This document shows positions 1 to 8,572 of a stretch of 31,030 bases of DNA, piece by piece (position 1 is the first letter of the stretch; every line of letters starts with the position of its first letter). The stretch lies in the NCBI GenBank assembly GCA_964572435.1, contig CAZNGC010000001.1:1-31030 (forward strand), given 5' to 3'. Made by a program: the position numbers and the translations under genes. Below the pieces are notes generated by a model that worked only from the letters and a program-made list of their open reading frames with translations, was not told where the DNA came from and did not search any database. The DNA is from an uncultured Planctomycetales bacterium. GTDB taxonomy: Bacteria; Omnitrophota; Gorgyraeia; Gygaellales; Profunditerraquicolaceae.

Positions 1-405
1 AAAAAGTGCGCCGGCTAAATTATAGCGAAGCTGGTAACGGGTGAGAGAATACACCCTTAAGGCCCCGCATAAAACAGCCAATAAGACAAATATCTTGGTC
101 CCCCCCACAGCTCCGAATACCATAACAATAAGCATCAGGGGGCTCAAAGATATGTCGTAAGGAAAGCCGATAAAAGGATACCCCCCGCAGAAATGCGGGA
201 CCCTGAACGGGAATTGCTGGTACTGGGTAATCAGGACCCTGAAGAAATCCCGATACGGGCAAACCCCGCACCAATCAATCCTGGGTATACCGTTTCCGAA
301 ATCCCTGAAAACAGGCAGATAAAACAAAAATCCCAATAACAGGATAACCGCGCCGGCGGCGAGATCCCAGGAATTCCTTTTTAGAAACCGGATGGCATTC
401 TTCAT
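1..405 (-). CDS. Multi-pass membrane protein, YfhO/GT-C-like glycosyltransferase; 5' part only, runs off the window start
   Basis: Absent from the ORF track. My translation from ATG at 405 (ATGA overlap with the upstream stop) is open to base 1: MKNAIRFLKRNSWDLAAGAVILLLGFLFYLPVFRDFGNGIPRIDW...FPFRVPHFCGGYPFIGFPYDISLSPLMLIVMVFG... A TM1, an acidic loop residue and a P-x-x-x-P-x-x-x-GG-x-P segment resemble YfhO-like GT-C N-termini. Confidence 0.7.
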   Translation of the reverse strand, partial: MKNAIRFLKRNSWDLAAGAVILLLGFLFYLPVFRDFGNGIPRIDWCGVCPYRDFFRVLITQYQQFPFRVPHFCGGYPFIGFPYDISLSPLMLIVMVFGAVGGTKIFVLLAVLCGALRVYSLTRYQLRYNLAGALF

Positions 406-1799
406 CTTCTTAAATTTGAAACCATGTGTAAAATAGCCATAAACCCTTTTTCCAGTATTTTCAGTTTATCCGGGACCACCCTCCATATCCGCCAGATCTG
501 GCGCGGCCGCAGGTAAAATTCCCTGAAGGCCCTAGCCTTCATCATCTTTAATTCACGGTCATCGGCTCCTGAAATGTTTACCGAAGTCTTATGATAAGTA
601 TAGACATCAACCATGCGCATTTTCAGGTTTTCATCCAGGATCTCGTTGAACATAACGGTATTCGGCTGGGGGATCAGGAAGAAAAAATCCGCTATATGAA
701 ACCCCTCCTCCTTGGCGAAGCGTATCGTCTGGAGCATCTCTTCCTTTGTCTCTGTCGGAAAACCCAGCATGAAATATCCGCAGGTGATTATACCCTCCTG
801 TATGGTCCTGGCAATGATCTGCCTGGCCCTGTCCAGGTTAAGGTTCTTCCTGATGTTCTTCTGGATCCGCGGGGAAGCTGATTCAATGGCATAAAATATC
901 ACATGCGTACCCGCCTGTTTGAGCTTCAGGATAAGCTCCTCATCCATCCTGTCTACGCGCAGGGCGTTAGGGAAAGAGATGGCTACCTTGATCTTGCGCC
1001 TGATTATCTCGTCGCAGATTTCTTTTGCCCGGGGGATATCGAAATTAAAACAGTCGTCGATAATTTCTATTTCCTTGACCCCGTAGTCGTTAACCAGGAT
1101 TTCGATCTCCCTGATCACATTCTGCACGCTCCGGAAACGTATCTTCTTGCCGAATATGTTATGGCAATAAGTGCACTGGTAAGGGCATCCCCGGGAAGTA
1201 AACAGGGGGGCGATGTTCCGAGATGAAGGGAAAGGGGTCTCCGAATGATGTTTAAACCTGCTGAAATACCCCTTTATATCGATAAGGTCCCAGGCCGGAA
1301 AAGGCAGGCTGTCTAAGTCTTCGATCATCTCTGCCGCGGGGTTGACTACGCAGGACTGGTTCTTCCTGTAAGCCAGGCCGCTGATCTGCGAAAAATCATT
1401 GCCATTGCCCAGGGAATCCGCCAGCTTTACCATCGTCCTCTCCCCTTCCCCGATAACCGCAAAATCGATATTCTGATCGCGCATGATGTATTCCGGGCTG
1501 GAGGTGGCATACGGCCCCCCGACAACGACCTTACACTTCTTGTTGGATTCCTTGGCCAATCCCGCCAGGCGGTGGACTTCTTTAAACTCCAACGTCATTG
1601 CCGATATGCCGACCAGATCCGGGGAGAGCCCTTTCAGCCTATTCGCTAGGCCCCGGTGGTCCAGGCGCTCATGGGCCGCGTCGATAATCGTTACGTCGGT
1701 ATGGCCGTGGCCCTTGAGATAAGAAGCAAGATAGAGCGGACCCACCCGCAGGTTAGACTGCACGGATTTTGAATTAGGGATCATCAACACTATCTTCAT
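402..1799 (-). CDS. Cobalamin-binding (class B) radical SAM protein, paralog A
   Basis: N-terminal B12-binding Rossmann domain (LYLASYL..VTIID..PDLVGIS..VVVGGPYAT..DFAVIGEGE) and SRGCPYQCTYC CxxxCxxC motif; 465 aa. Confidence 0.92.
   Translation of the reverse strand: MKIVLMIPNSKSVQSNLRVGPLYLASYLKGHGHTDVTIIDAAHERLDHRGLANRLKGLSPDLVGISAMTLEFKEVHRLAGLAKESNKKCKVVVGGPYATSSPEYIMRDQNIDFAVIGEGERTMVKLADSLGNGNDFSQISGLAYRKNQSCVVNPAAEMIEDLDSLPFPAWDLIDIKGYFSRFKHHSETPFPSSRNIAPLFTSRGCPYQCTYCHNIFGKKIRFRSVQNVIREIEILVNDYGVKEIEIIDDCFNFDIPRAKEICDEIIRRKIKVAISFPNALRVDRMDEELILKLKQAGTHVIFYAIESASPRIQKNIRKNLNLDRARQIIARTIQEGIITCGYFMLGFPTETKEEMLQTIRFAKEEGFHIADFFFLIPQPNTVMFNEILDENLKMRMVDVYTYHKTSVNISGADDRELKMMKARAFREFYLRPRQIWRIWRVVPDKLKILEKGFMAILHMVSNLRR
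693..1580. repeat. 888-bp direct repeat, copy 1 (identical to 2103..2990)
   Basis: Line-by-line comparison at offset 1410 found no mismatch between 693 and 1580; the flanks diverge. Confidence 0.95.
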
Positions 1800-1817
1800 C
1801 TTGCTCCACCGGAAATA

Positions 1818-3209
1818 TTATCTGCCGGCCAGGGCGCGGATAAATACGACCAGCCCGTTTCTTAAGAGTATCCTTTTGTCCGGGACCGCCCTCCATATCC
1901 GCCAGATCTGGCGCGGCCGCAGGTAAAATTCCCTGTGCCCACGCGACCAGATACATCGCAATTCACGGTCGGAAACAGCCGACTTGTTATAGCTCAACTT
2001 CTGGTATCTGTTGATTTTAACATTTGCCCCTTCGCTGCTTTTACCGAACATCTCGTTGAACATAACGGTATTCGGCGGTGCGGTTACGAAAAACATGTTG
2101 ATTATATGAAACCCCTCCTCCTTGGCGAAGCGTATCGTCTGGAGCATCTCTTCCTTTGTCTCTGTCGGAAAACCCAGCATGAAATATCCGCAGGTGATTA
2201 TACCCTCCTGTATGGTCCTGGCAATGATCTGCCTGGCCCTGTCCAGGTTAAGGTTCTTCCTGATGTTCTTCTGGATCCGCGGGGAAGCTGATTCAATGGC
2301 ATAAAATATCACATGCGTACCCGCCTGTTTGAGCTTCAGGATAAGCTCCTCATCCATCCTGTCTACGCGCAGGGCGTTAGGGAAAGAGATGGCTACCTTG
2401 ATCTTGCGCCTGATTATCTCGTCGCAGATTTCTTTTGCCCGGGGGATATCGAAATTAAAACAGTCGTCGATAATTTCTATTTCCTTGACCCCGTAGTCGT
2501 TAACCAGGATTTCGATCTCCCTGATCACATTCTGCACGCTCCGGAAACGTATCTTCTTGCCGAATATGTTATGGCAATAAGTGCACTGGTAAGGGCATCC
2601 CCGGGAAGTAAACAGGGGGGCGATGTTCCGAGATGAAGGGAAAGGGGTCTCCGAATGATGTTTAAACCTGCTGAAATACCCCTTTATATCGATAAGGTCC
2701 CAGGCCGGAAAAGGCAGGCTGTCTAAGTCTTCGATCATCTCTGCCGCGGGGTTGACTACGCAGGACTGGTTCTTCCTGTAAGCCAGGCCGCTGATCTGCG
2801 AAAAATCATTGCCATTGCCCAGGGAATCCGCCAGCTTTACCATCGTCCTCTCCCCTTCCCCGATAACCGCAAAATCGATATTCTGATCGCGCATGATGTA
2901 TTCCGGGCTGGAGGTGGCATACGGCCCCCCGACAACGACCTTACACTTCTTGTTGGATTCCTTGGCCAATCCCGCCAGGCGGTGGACTTCGGAAGACTCC
3001 ATACTCATCCCGGATATGCCGACCAGATCCGGGGAGAGCCCTTTCAACCTATTCGCTAGTCCCCGGTGGTCCAGGCGTTCATGCCTGGCGTCGATAATCG
3101 TTACGTCGGTATGACCGTGGCCCTTGAGATAAGAGGCAAGATAGAGTAAGCCGAGCGGAATGCTGCGGATTACTTCAGGCGCGTTTGGTATGATAAATGA
3201 TATTCTCAT
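1818..3209 (-). CDS. Cobalamin-binding (class B) radical SAM protein, paralog B
   Basis: Same architecture as 402..1799, with CPYQCTYC; 463 aa; start overlaps the GT2 stop. Confidence 0.92.
   Translation of the reverse strand: MRISFIIPNAPEVIRSIPLGLLYLASYLKGHGHTDVTIIDARHERLDHRGLANRLKGLSPDLVGISGMSMESSEVHRLAGLAKESNKKCKVVVGGPYATSSPEYIMRDQNIDFAVIGEGERTMVKLADSLGNGNDFSQISGLAYRKNQSCVVNPAAEMIEDLDSLPFPAWDLIDIKGYFSRFKHHSETPFPSSRNIAPLFTSRGCPYQCTYCHNIFGKKIRFRSVQNVIREIEILVNDYGVKEIEIIDDCFNFDIPRAKEICDEIIRRKIKVAISFPNALRVDRMDEELILKLKQAGTHVIFYAIESASPRIQKNIRKNLNLDRARQIIARTIQEGIITCGYFMLGFPTETKEEMLQTIRFAKEEGFHIINMFFVTAPPNTVMFNEMFGKSSEGANVKINRYQKLSYNKSAVSDRELRCIWSRGHREFYLRPRQIWRIWRAVPDKRILLRNGLVVFIRALAGR
2103..2990. 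repeat. 888-bp direct repeat, copy 2
   Basis: Identical to 693..1580. Confidence 0.95.
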
Positions 3210-3928
3210 CTATTCTTTACTTGCCCATTTAAAATCCGGAATTTAATCCTGATAAGATCGACAAAATAGACAAAGCACAGGTTAATCAAGTATAAACCGA
3301 TCATCGAAGACTTGCCTGTTTTACGCGCAAAATGCTCAACCGGGATCTCCGTGATCCTGTAACCCTTAAACTTGGCCAAAATCATTACGGCGATGGGGAC
3401 TGCCGAAAAACCGCTATCGATATCCAGCATAATAGCCGTTAACGCTTCCTTTCTGATAAGTTTGAACGGAGAGTTTATATCCTTTATCGATATACCGAAA
3501 AGAAACATATCCATCCAACATAACAGCAGGGAAATCATCCTGCGGTGAAGGCGGTCTTTTCTTTTTAAGCGGTATCCGACAGCTATATCGCAACCTCGCA
3601 TGCTTGCGTATAGCTTCCAGAATTCCTCCAGCCTGAACTGATTGTCACCGTCAACATGAAAAACCAGAGGATTGACCGCCAGCTCAAACGCCTTGCGCAA
3701 AGCCCTGCCATGCCCGCGGTTTTTATCCAGGGTAACCACTTTCAGCTCACCGAATTTATCCCTGAGGCGCTCCAGGACTACGGACGTCGAATCAGTAGAA
3801 CCATCATTAACAACTATGATCTCGGAACCCGGTATTTTCAGGATTATCTGTGCATGGCAATCTCCGATCACCTTCTCGAGAATGTCACCTTCGTTAAACA
3901 CCGGGATAACGATCGAAACGGCATGCAT
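3206..3928 (-). CDS. GT2 glycosyltransferase, polyprenol-phosphate glycosyltransferase (DPM synthase/ArnC-like)
   Basis: SIVIPVFNE, VVNDGSTD, NRGHG, DGDNQF (DxD), KDINSPFKL, EIPVEHFARKTGKS motifs; 240 aa. Confidence 0.9.
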   Translation of the reverse strand: MHAVSIVIPVFNEGDILEKVIGDCHAQIILKIPGSEIIVVNDGSTDSTSVVLERLRDKFGELKVVTLDKNRGHGRALRKAFELAVNPLVFHVDGDNQFRLEEFWKLYASMRGCDIAVGYRLKRKDRLHRRMISLLLCWMDMFLFGISIKDINSPFKLIRKEALTAIMLDIDSGFSAVPIAVMILAKFKGYRITEIPVEHFARKTGKSSMIGLYLINLCFVYFVDLIRIKFRILNGQVKNR

Positions 3929-3933
3929 ATCTT

Positions 3934-5049
3934 TTAACGGCCTCCGGATAGCAATTCCATTCTTTTCTCTGCACTCAAACCCGGATAACTCTCTACTGCC
4001 TCGATATTATCCAGGCACCATTTGACTGTTTCATCCATATCGTAATACCGGAATAATCCAAGCCTGCCTATGCTCAAAAGGTTCTTTACGCGCACCAGCC
4101 TGTCCAGATACCGGTCAAAAATTGTCCTGTTCGCCTGCGTATATACGGGGTACATCCTGTTAGCCCCGGACGGGAATTCATACCCGACGATCGAAGAACC
4201 GCCGTCCCACGGTCCGTAACAAATGCTATAATTGCACTTTCTGGTAAAAGCGACATTGCTCTCGGGGTAATTAATACACCCGTATCTATCGTCTTGCCAA
4301 TGCCTCTCATCGAAACAAAAGGTAAAATCTATCCCCCTGTAACCCAGGGCCCCGTAACAAAAATCGAACAGTTCGTCTATCGGGATGGTCGATATGATCA
4401 AATCGTAATCCAGTCCGGGATAATCCTTTATCGCGGAGTTATAACGCACCGGGATGCCTTTTATCATCTCTTCAAACATCTGCTGATAACCGCCAACAGG
4501 CAAACCCTGCCATTGGTCATTAAAATAACCCGCGCCGTCATCTTCCCTGATCTCTATCTTCTTAGGGGCCCATCCGGCGTCCATCTCTTCAGGCGCCACC
4601 CCCCAGAATTTGACGGTATAATTACCGATGAATTTATTATACAAGGTTTCCCCGATCATCGAAACGACGCAAGCTTTAAAATTCGACGTATCCATTCTTT
4701 CCGGAAGCCGGGAAAGTTCCCGGAGAATAATATCCTTCTCCTCAAGGGTATCTATTGTCCTAAGGCTGATCGGATAAGGCAGTATTCTGCCCCCGACGAA
4801 TGTGGCTACGCGATGCAGATAGTTGTTCAATTCGGCAAACCTGCGGATAAACCCCGCGACCGCCCCGTCGCCGGTATGGAAATTATGCGGCCCAAATAAC
4901 TGATACGGCCTGTTTTGATAAAAGGCGCTCTGACAAAGCCCTCCCGGACGGTCTGCTTTCTCATAAACTATTACCCCATGCCCCCTGTCTTTAAGGAGCC
5001 TGGCGATCGTGCAACCGGATAATCCGGCCCCGATAACCGCTATGCGCAT
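3934..5049 (-). CDS. glf: UDP-galactopyranose mutase-like FAD-dependent NDP-sugar mutase
   Basis: GAGLSG dinucleotide-binding motif, GPHNFHT, KFWG, QGLPVGGY, YPV and GRLGLFRYYDMD, all matching Glf/UGM motifs. The exact substrate is uncertain. Confidence 0.8.
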   Translation of the reverse strand: MRIAVIGAGLSGCTIARLLKDRGHGVIVYEKADRPGGLCQSAFYQNRPYQLFGPHNFHTGDGAVAGFIRRFAELNNYLHRVATFVGGRILPYPISLRTIDTLEEKDIILRELSRLPERMDTSNFKACVVSMIGETLYNKFIGNYTVKFWGVAPEEMDAGWAPKKIEIREDDGAGYFNDQWQGLPVGGYQQMFEEMIKGIPVRYNSAIKDYPGLDYDLIISTIPIDELFDFCYGALGYRGIDFTFCFDERHWQDDRYGCINYPESNVAFTRKCNYSICYGPWDGGSSIVGYEFPSGANRMYPVYTQANRTIFDRYLDRLVRVKNLLSIGRLGLFRYYDMDETVKWCLDNIEAVESYPGLSAEKRMELLSGGR

Positions 5050-7434
5050 TTAAATCTTCCCCCCATACGGCCGGCCAAGATCGTTTTCTGTGCCATTTTC
5101 AAAATCAAACAGGTATTCAGGCGGAATGCAGGCCGTCTGCCCCGACCATCCATTCCTATTATAAGCATATCTCCTGGAAACACCCATACCCAATCCTTCA
5201 TATATATAGCCCCGGAACTGCCGGTCGAATTTTTGTATTAGTTTCGCGCAGCTTTTAAGATCATAAGCGAACCTCCATCCGATACCGATACCTAACCCTT
5301 TATAAAGATACCTGTCATAGCTGCCGGACACCCTTTTCAGGAATCCCGGATAATCCTTCAACCCGTGAACCAGCCTCCATCCGGCCTCAATACCAAGACG
5401 TTGATAGCATAAAGGCCTGTATTTGTCGTCTACCCTGTTTACAAGCTTCTCCCATTTAGCGGCATCATAACCGGCCCTGCCTATGCCGAATCCGAACTCG
5501 CCGTACAAGAACCGGTAATATTCCTTGCCCCGGCCCATCCCCGCGTATACCGCACGCACCTGCCTATCTTCCAGCATCCTGGTAAAGCGGAAAAACTTCT
5601 CCGGTTGATCGACCAAAAGGTCGAATAACTCCACCCCCATGCCGGTGTAGATAAACAGCTCATCCTCTTCGGGAAACCTTTTATGGAAATCCATTACAGC
5701 GTATTCCGGATCATAAGAAACTTCCCTGGCCGCTTCCCTGCCGATACCAATATAAAAATATTGCTTCACCGCCGGATCAAGATAACCTTTTAAGCCAACC
5801 ATCCTATCCCTATCGTACTTCAACTCCCTCTCCAGGGCCTCGCCCATCCACTCGTAGGCATAAGGCCAGTAGGCTTTCTCTATTTTATTTATCTCTTTAC
5901 CCAGGTAATTCCGGTAGTCGTTGTCGAAATTCTCCTCGGCATATCCCCAGCCCATCCCGCTATAACAATACCGCCTTTCTTCTCCATCTCTTATCCTGCT
6001 TACAGAATCAACCCAGCGGGATGATCCGTCAAACCTCCAGGCAATCACCCTGCCTAGGTCATAATAATTGTACCCCCTGTAAGCAGCGGAAAACCCCGCC
6101 TTCTCCATGGAGCTCTTGGATATAAAATTTGAATTTGAAACCACGCCCAAGATCAATAAGGCTGCCACGGGAAAAAGCTTCAGTAAGCCAGGCGCGCTTC
6201 TTCGGGAACTCCGATTATTGCCGTAGAGAAATATGGCTATGACCGCAGGAAACAGGAACCCTATAGGGCCAACCTGCCTGTAACGGTATATGCTCGCGTC
6301 ATAAAAATTCACGTTAAACGGCAGACCGGACAAAGCCAGAACAACGCCAAATACCACGAAAAGCGACAACAGGAATAATTCTTTATGGACATCACGCAGC
6401 GAAAATGGAGCCCCCGAAAAAGTGATAAGCCCCCGAAAAAGCGCTACAGCTTCTTTCCGCCTGCGCCATAATATTCCTAAGAAAGAGACTTCGAATACAA
6501 AATAATAAATATGGGAGCAAAACCGGTTTTCCAGCAGCGCACGCGGCTCAAATTTCAGGAATGGATCGGCAAAAGTCAGGGCCCCCGGCACATCAGCGGC
6601 AAGAAAATCATAAAACCTCGTGAAGAAACCGGCCAGGCTGCTGCGCATAAGCCAATAAGAAAAATGTTTCTCGTAAATAACCAAACCCTGGAATGCGTGA
6701 GTGAAATTATAGCAAAACCAAGGGGCAAGCCCGGCCAGAAAAGCCAGGCAGAAGACAATAAACTGCTTGCTGAATATAAACCCTTTGTCGGAAATATACC
6801 AGAACAAAATAATGGTCAATAAGGTCGGCAGGAAGCTGTAATGGAAAAACATCCCGAAACCACAGATAGCCCCAAGGATTGCAGACAGCCGGATGTTTTT
6901 CCCGATACCGGCGGGGGAAAAATACCGGAAAAACAATAAAACGGCTAAAATGGCAAAAAACATAGCCTCATATTGCGCTCCGTAGTTGGAAATGCTTGCC
7001 TTTATCCATCCCGGAGGCAGGAAAATAAAAAGAACGCTTGCACATACGGCTGTTTTATTGTTGAAGAACTTCCTCAAAAATATAAAATTGAGGATGAAAA
7101 TCCCGGTTCCGGCTAACAAGCCGGTTAATTTAAGAGATACCAGCTTCGCGCCGAAAAGAAGAAAGAACGGTACAGCCAGGAGGCCGCTGACCAGCGAGCC
7201 TCCTTCATACCTGCTCCTCTGGTAATCAAAAAACGGCAGTACCGGGCCCGAGACCAGTTCTTTAGCTACATTGCCGCGGTACAGCTCTTCATCCAGACCG
7301 ACCTGATCTATAGCGAAAAACAAAACCATAAGGCGGACTAATAAATATAAAACGGTCAGCCCCGCCAGCCATGCATATTTCCCCCTGATTCCCCGTAACA
7401 ACCACCGAATCAACATGTAAACTTTACCCGGCAT
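5050..7434 (-). CDS. GT-C fold (ArnT/PMT-like, GT39/GT83) membrane glycosyltransferase with a C-terminal helical-repeat domain
   Basis: About 10-12 hydrophobic segments in the N-terminal ~440 aa, a DE motif after TM1 (GLDEELY), and a soluble C-terminus with eight Y-x-(G/x)-[MLI]-G repeats. Confidence 0.75.
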   Translation of the reverse strand: MPGKVYMLIRWLLRGIRGKYAWLAGLTVLYLLVRLMVLFFAIDQVGLDEELYRGNVAKELVSGPVLPFFDYQRSRYEGGSLVSGLLAVPFFLLFGAKLVSLKLTGLLAGTGIFILNFIFLRKFFNNKTAVCASVLFIFLPPGWIKASISNYGAQYEAMFFAILAVLLFFRYFSPAGIGKNIRLSAILGAICGFGMFFHYSFLPTLLTIILFWYISDKGFIFSKQFIVFCLAFLAGLAPWFCYNFTHAFQGLVIYEKHFSYWLMRSSLAGFFTRFYDFLAADVPGALTFADPFLKFEPRALLENRFCSHIYYFVFEVSFLGILWRRRKEAVALFRGLITFSGAPFSLRDVHKELFLLSLFVVFGVVLALSGLPFNVNFYDASIYRYRQVGPIGFLFPAVIAIFLYGNNRSSRRSAPGLLKLFPVAALLILGVVSNSNFISKSSMEKAGFSAAYRGYNYYDLGRVIAWRFDGSSRWVDSVSRIRDGEERRYCYSGMGWGYAEENFDNDYRNYLGKEINKIEKAYWPYAYEWMGEALERELKYDRDRMVGLKGYLDPAVKQYFYIGIGREAAREVSYDPEYAVMDFHKRFPEEDELFIYTGMGVELFDLLVDQPEKFFRFTRMLEDRQVRAVYAGMGRGKEYYRFLYGEFGFGIGRAGYDAAKWEKLVNRVDDKYRPLCYQRLGIEAGWRLVHGLKDYPGFLKRVSGSYDRYLYKGLGIGIGWRFAYDLKSCAKLIQKFDRQFRGYIYEGLGMGVSRRYAYNRNGWSGQTACIPPEYLFDFENGTENDLGRPYGGKI

Positions 7435-8428
7435 TCTTTAGAAGCGGACTGGAAAATTTGCTCATATTAAACAAGGCGTCCAGCTTGAACGACAACATAC
7501 AATTAAGCTCAACCGATGAAGGACAGGAGCATTTATCGCAATAAACGAAGGGAAGTTGATAGAACCTGTTTTTGAAACCCGCGGGATCCCCGCTTGGCGC
7601 CTCCCGGGACAGCCGATTCCTGAAACATATATCGAGACTTCCGTCGCTTTCGATCCTGGCGGAAACAAGGCCTGCGTAACAGGGGATCTTTTTCAACCGG
7701 GGCCAATCATACAAAAATTTCAGCCCGGATACGGAATGGCCTATAGTATATTTATCTTTCATTTTCCTGCCTATAAGATACCGTATGACTTTCCTGTATT
7801 CACCATCTTCCGGAGCCAAAGGGTTGCGCTGGCTGCCCCCCAGCAGGAAAACTGTCGATGGCTGAAAAATAATCGAAGCGTTAAATTCCCTGGCCTTATC
7901 CAAGAGAAAATCGACACAACCAAGGTTAAGGCTTGAAAGTACCGTGAGGATCCTCGGAGTTATTTTATGCTCTTTTATTACGGAAAGCGCATCGATCACT
8001 TCCCTATACGATCCCTGCCCCCTGATCCGGTCATGCACTTCTTCCGGGCCATCCAGGCTTAAACCGACCAAGCTTAGGTTCCTGATTTCTTCTATCCTTT
8101 GGCTGATAAGCGAACCATTGGAATTAACCGAACTCAAAACCCCTACCTGGCGGCAGTGATCTATTATCGCCCCAAGGTCATCTCTCAACAAAGGTTCCCC
8201 GCCGGTAAAGTGGATTATCCTCGTGCCGAGCCCGGACATCTCATCTATGAGCGCGAAAACCTGCGGGGTAGTTAATTCTTTCGATTTAATATTATGGATA
8301 TTGCAATATTGACAGCTGCGGTTACAACGGGTGGTAATTGCCCAGCTCACGACAAGCGGTGTTTTCTTCCTGAAAATACGCGCCGCAAACAATGAATAAG
8401 CGATGGAAAGCTTGTTTTTTATCCCCAT
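7424..8428 (-). CDS. Radical SAM protein with a Twitch/SPASM-type C-terminal Cys cluster
   Basis: CNRSCQYC, FTGGEPLLR, SLDG..HDRIRG; C-terminal CYAG..G.L.IC..CDKCSC. Start set at ATG 8428; TTG 8449 in the ORF track is the alternative. Confidence 0.88.
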   Translation of the reverse strand: MGIKNKLSIAYSLFAARIFRKKTPLVVSWAITTRCNRSCQYCNIHNIKSKELTTPQVFALIDEMSGLGTRIIHFTGGEPLLRDDLGAIIDHCRQVGVLSSVNSNGSLISQRIEEIRNLSLVGLSLDGPEEVHDRIRGQGSYREVIDALSVIKEHKITPRILTVLSSLNLGCVDFLLDKAREFNASIIFQPSTVFLLGGSQRNPLAPEDGEYRKVIRYLIGRKMKDKYTIGHSVSGLKFLYDWPRLKKIPCYAGLVSARIESDGSLDICFRNRLSREAPSGDPAGFKNRFYQLPFVYCDKCSCPSSVELNCMLSFKLDALFNMSKFSSPLLKNAG

Positions 8429-8463
8429 ATTCCCGAAACCTCCAGGCAAAATCCTCCATTGTC

Positions 8464-8491
8464 ATTATATCATCCGCTTCCCTTAAATCAA
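8464..8491 (-). promoter_or_regulatory. sigma70-type promoter for the Twitch-rSAM to GT-C operon
   Basis: TTGATT-16 nt-TATAAT with an extended -10 (TGA-TATAAT), in the 8429-8572 intergenic gap. Confidence 0.6.
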
Positions 8492-8572
8492 AACATACAT
8501 TCTAAACCGAAAAGGCAACTACAGGCAGGGCAGGCGGATACGTATATGCCGCAATGATGCGTCCGGGCCGGA

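Noticed and set aside
20-274. 84-aa minus-strand ORF in the track
   Set aside because: Alternative frame inside the better-supported membrane-protein ORF 1..405.
591-2636. Duplicated plus-strand ORFs (107 aa at 903/2313, 60 aa at 712/2122 and others)
   Set aside because: Antisense shadows that are duplicated only because the rSAM core is duplicated; no RBS or recognisable motifs.
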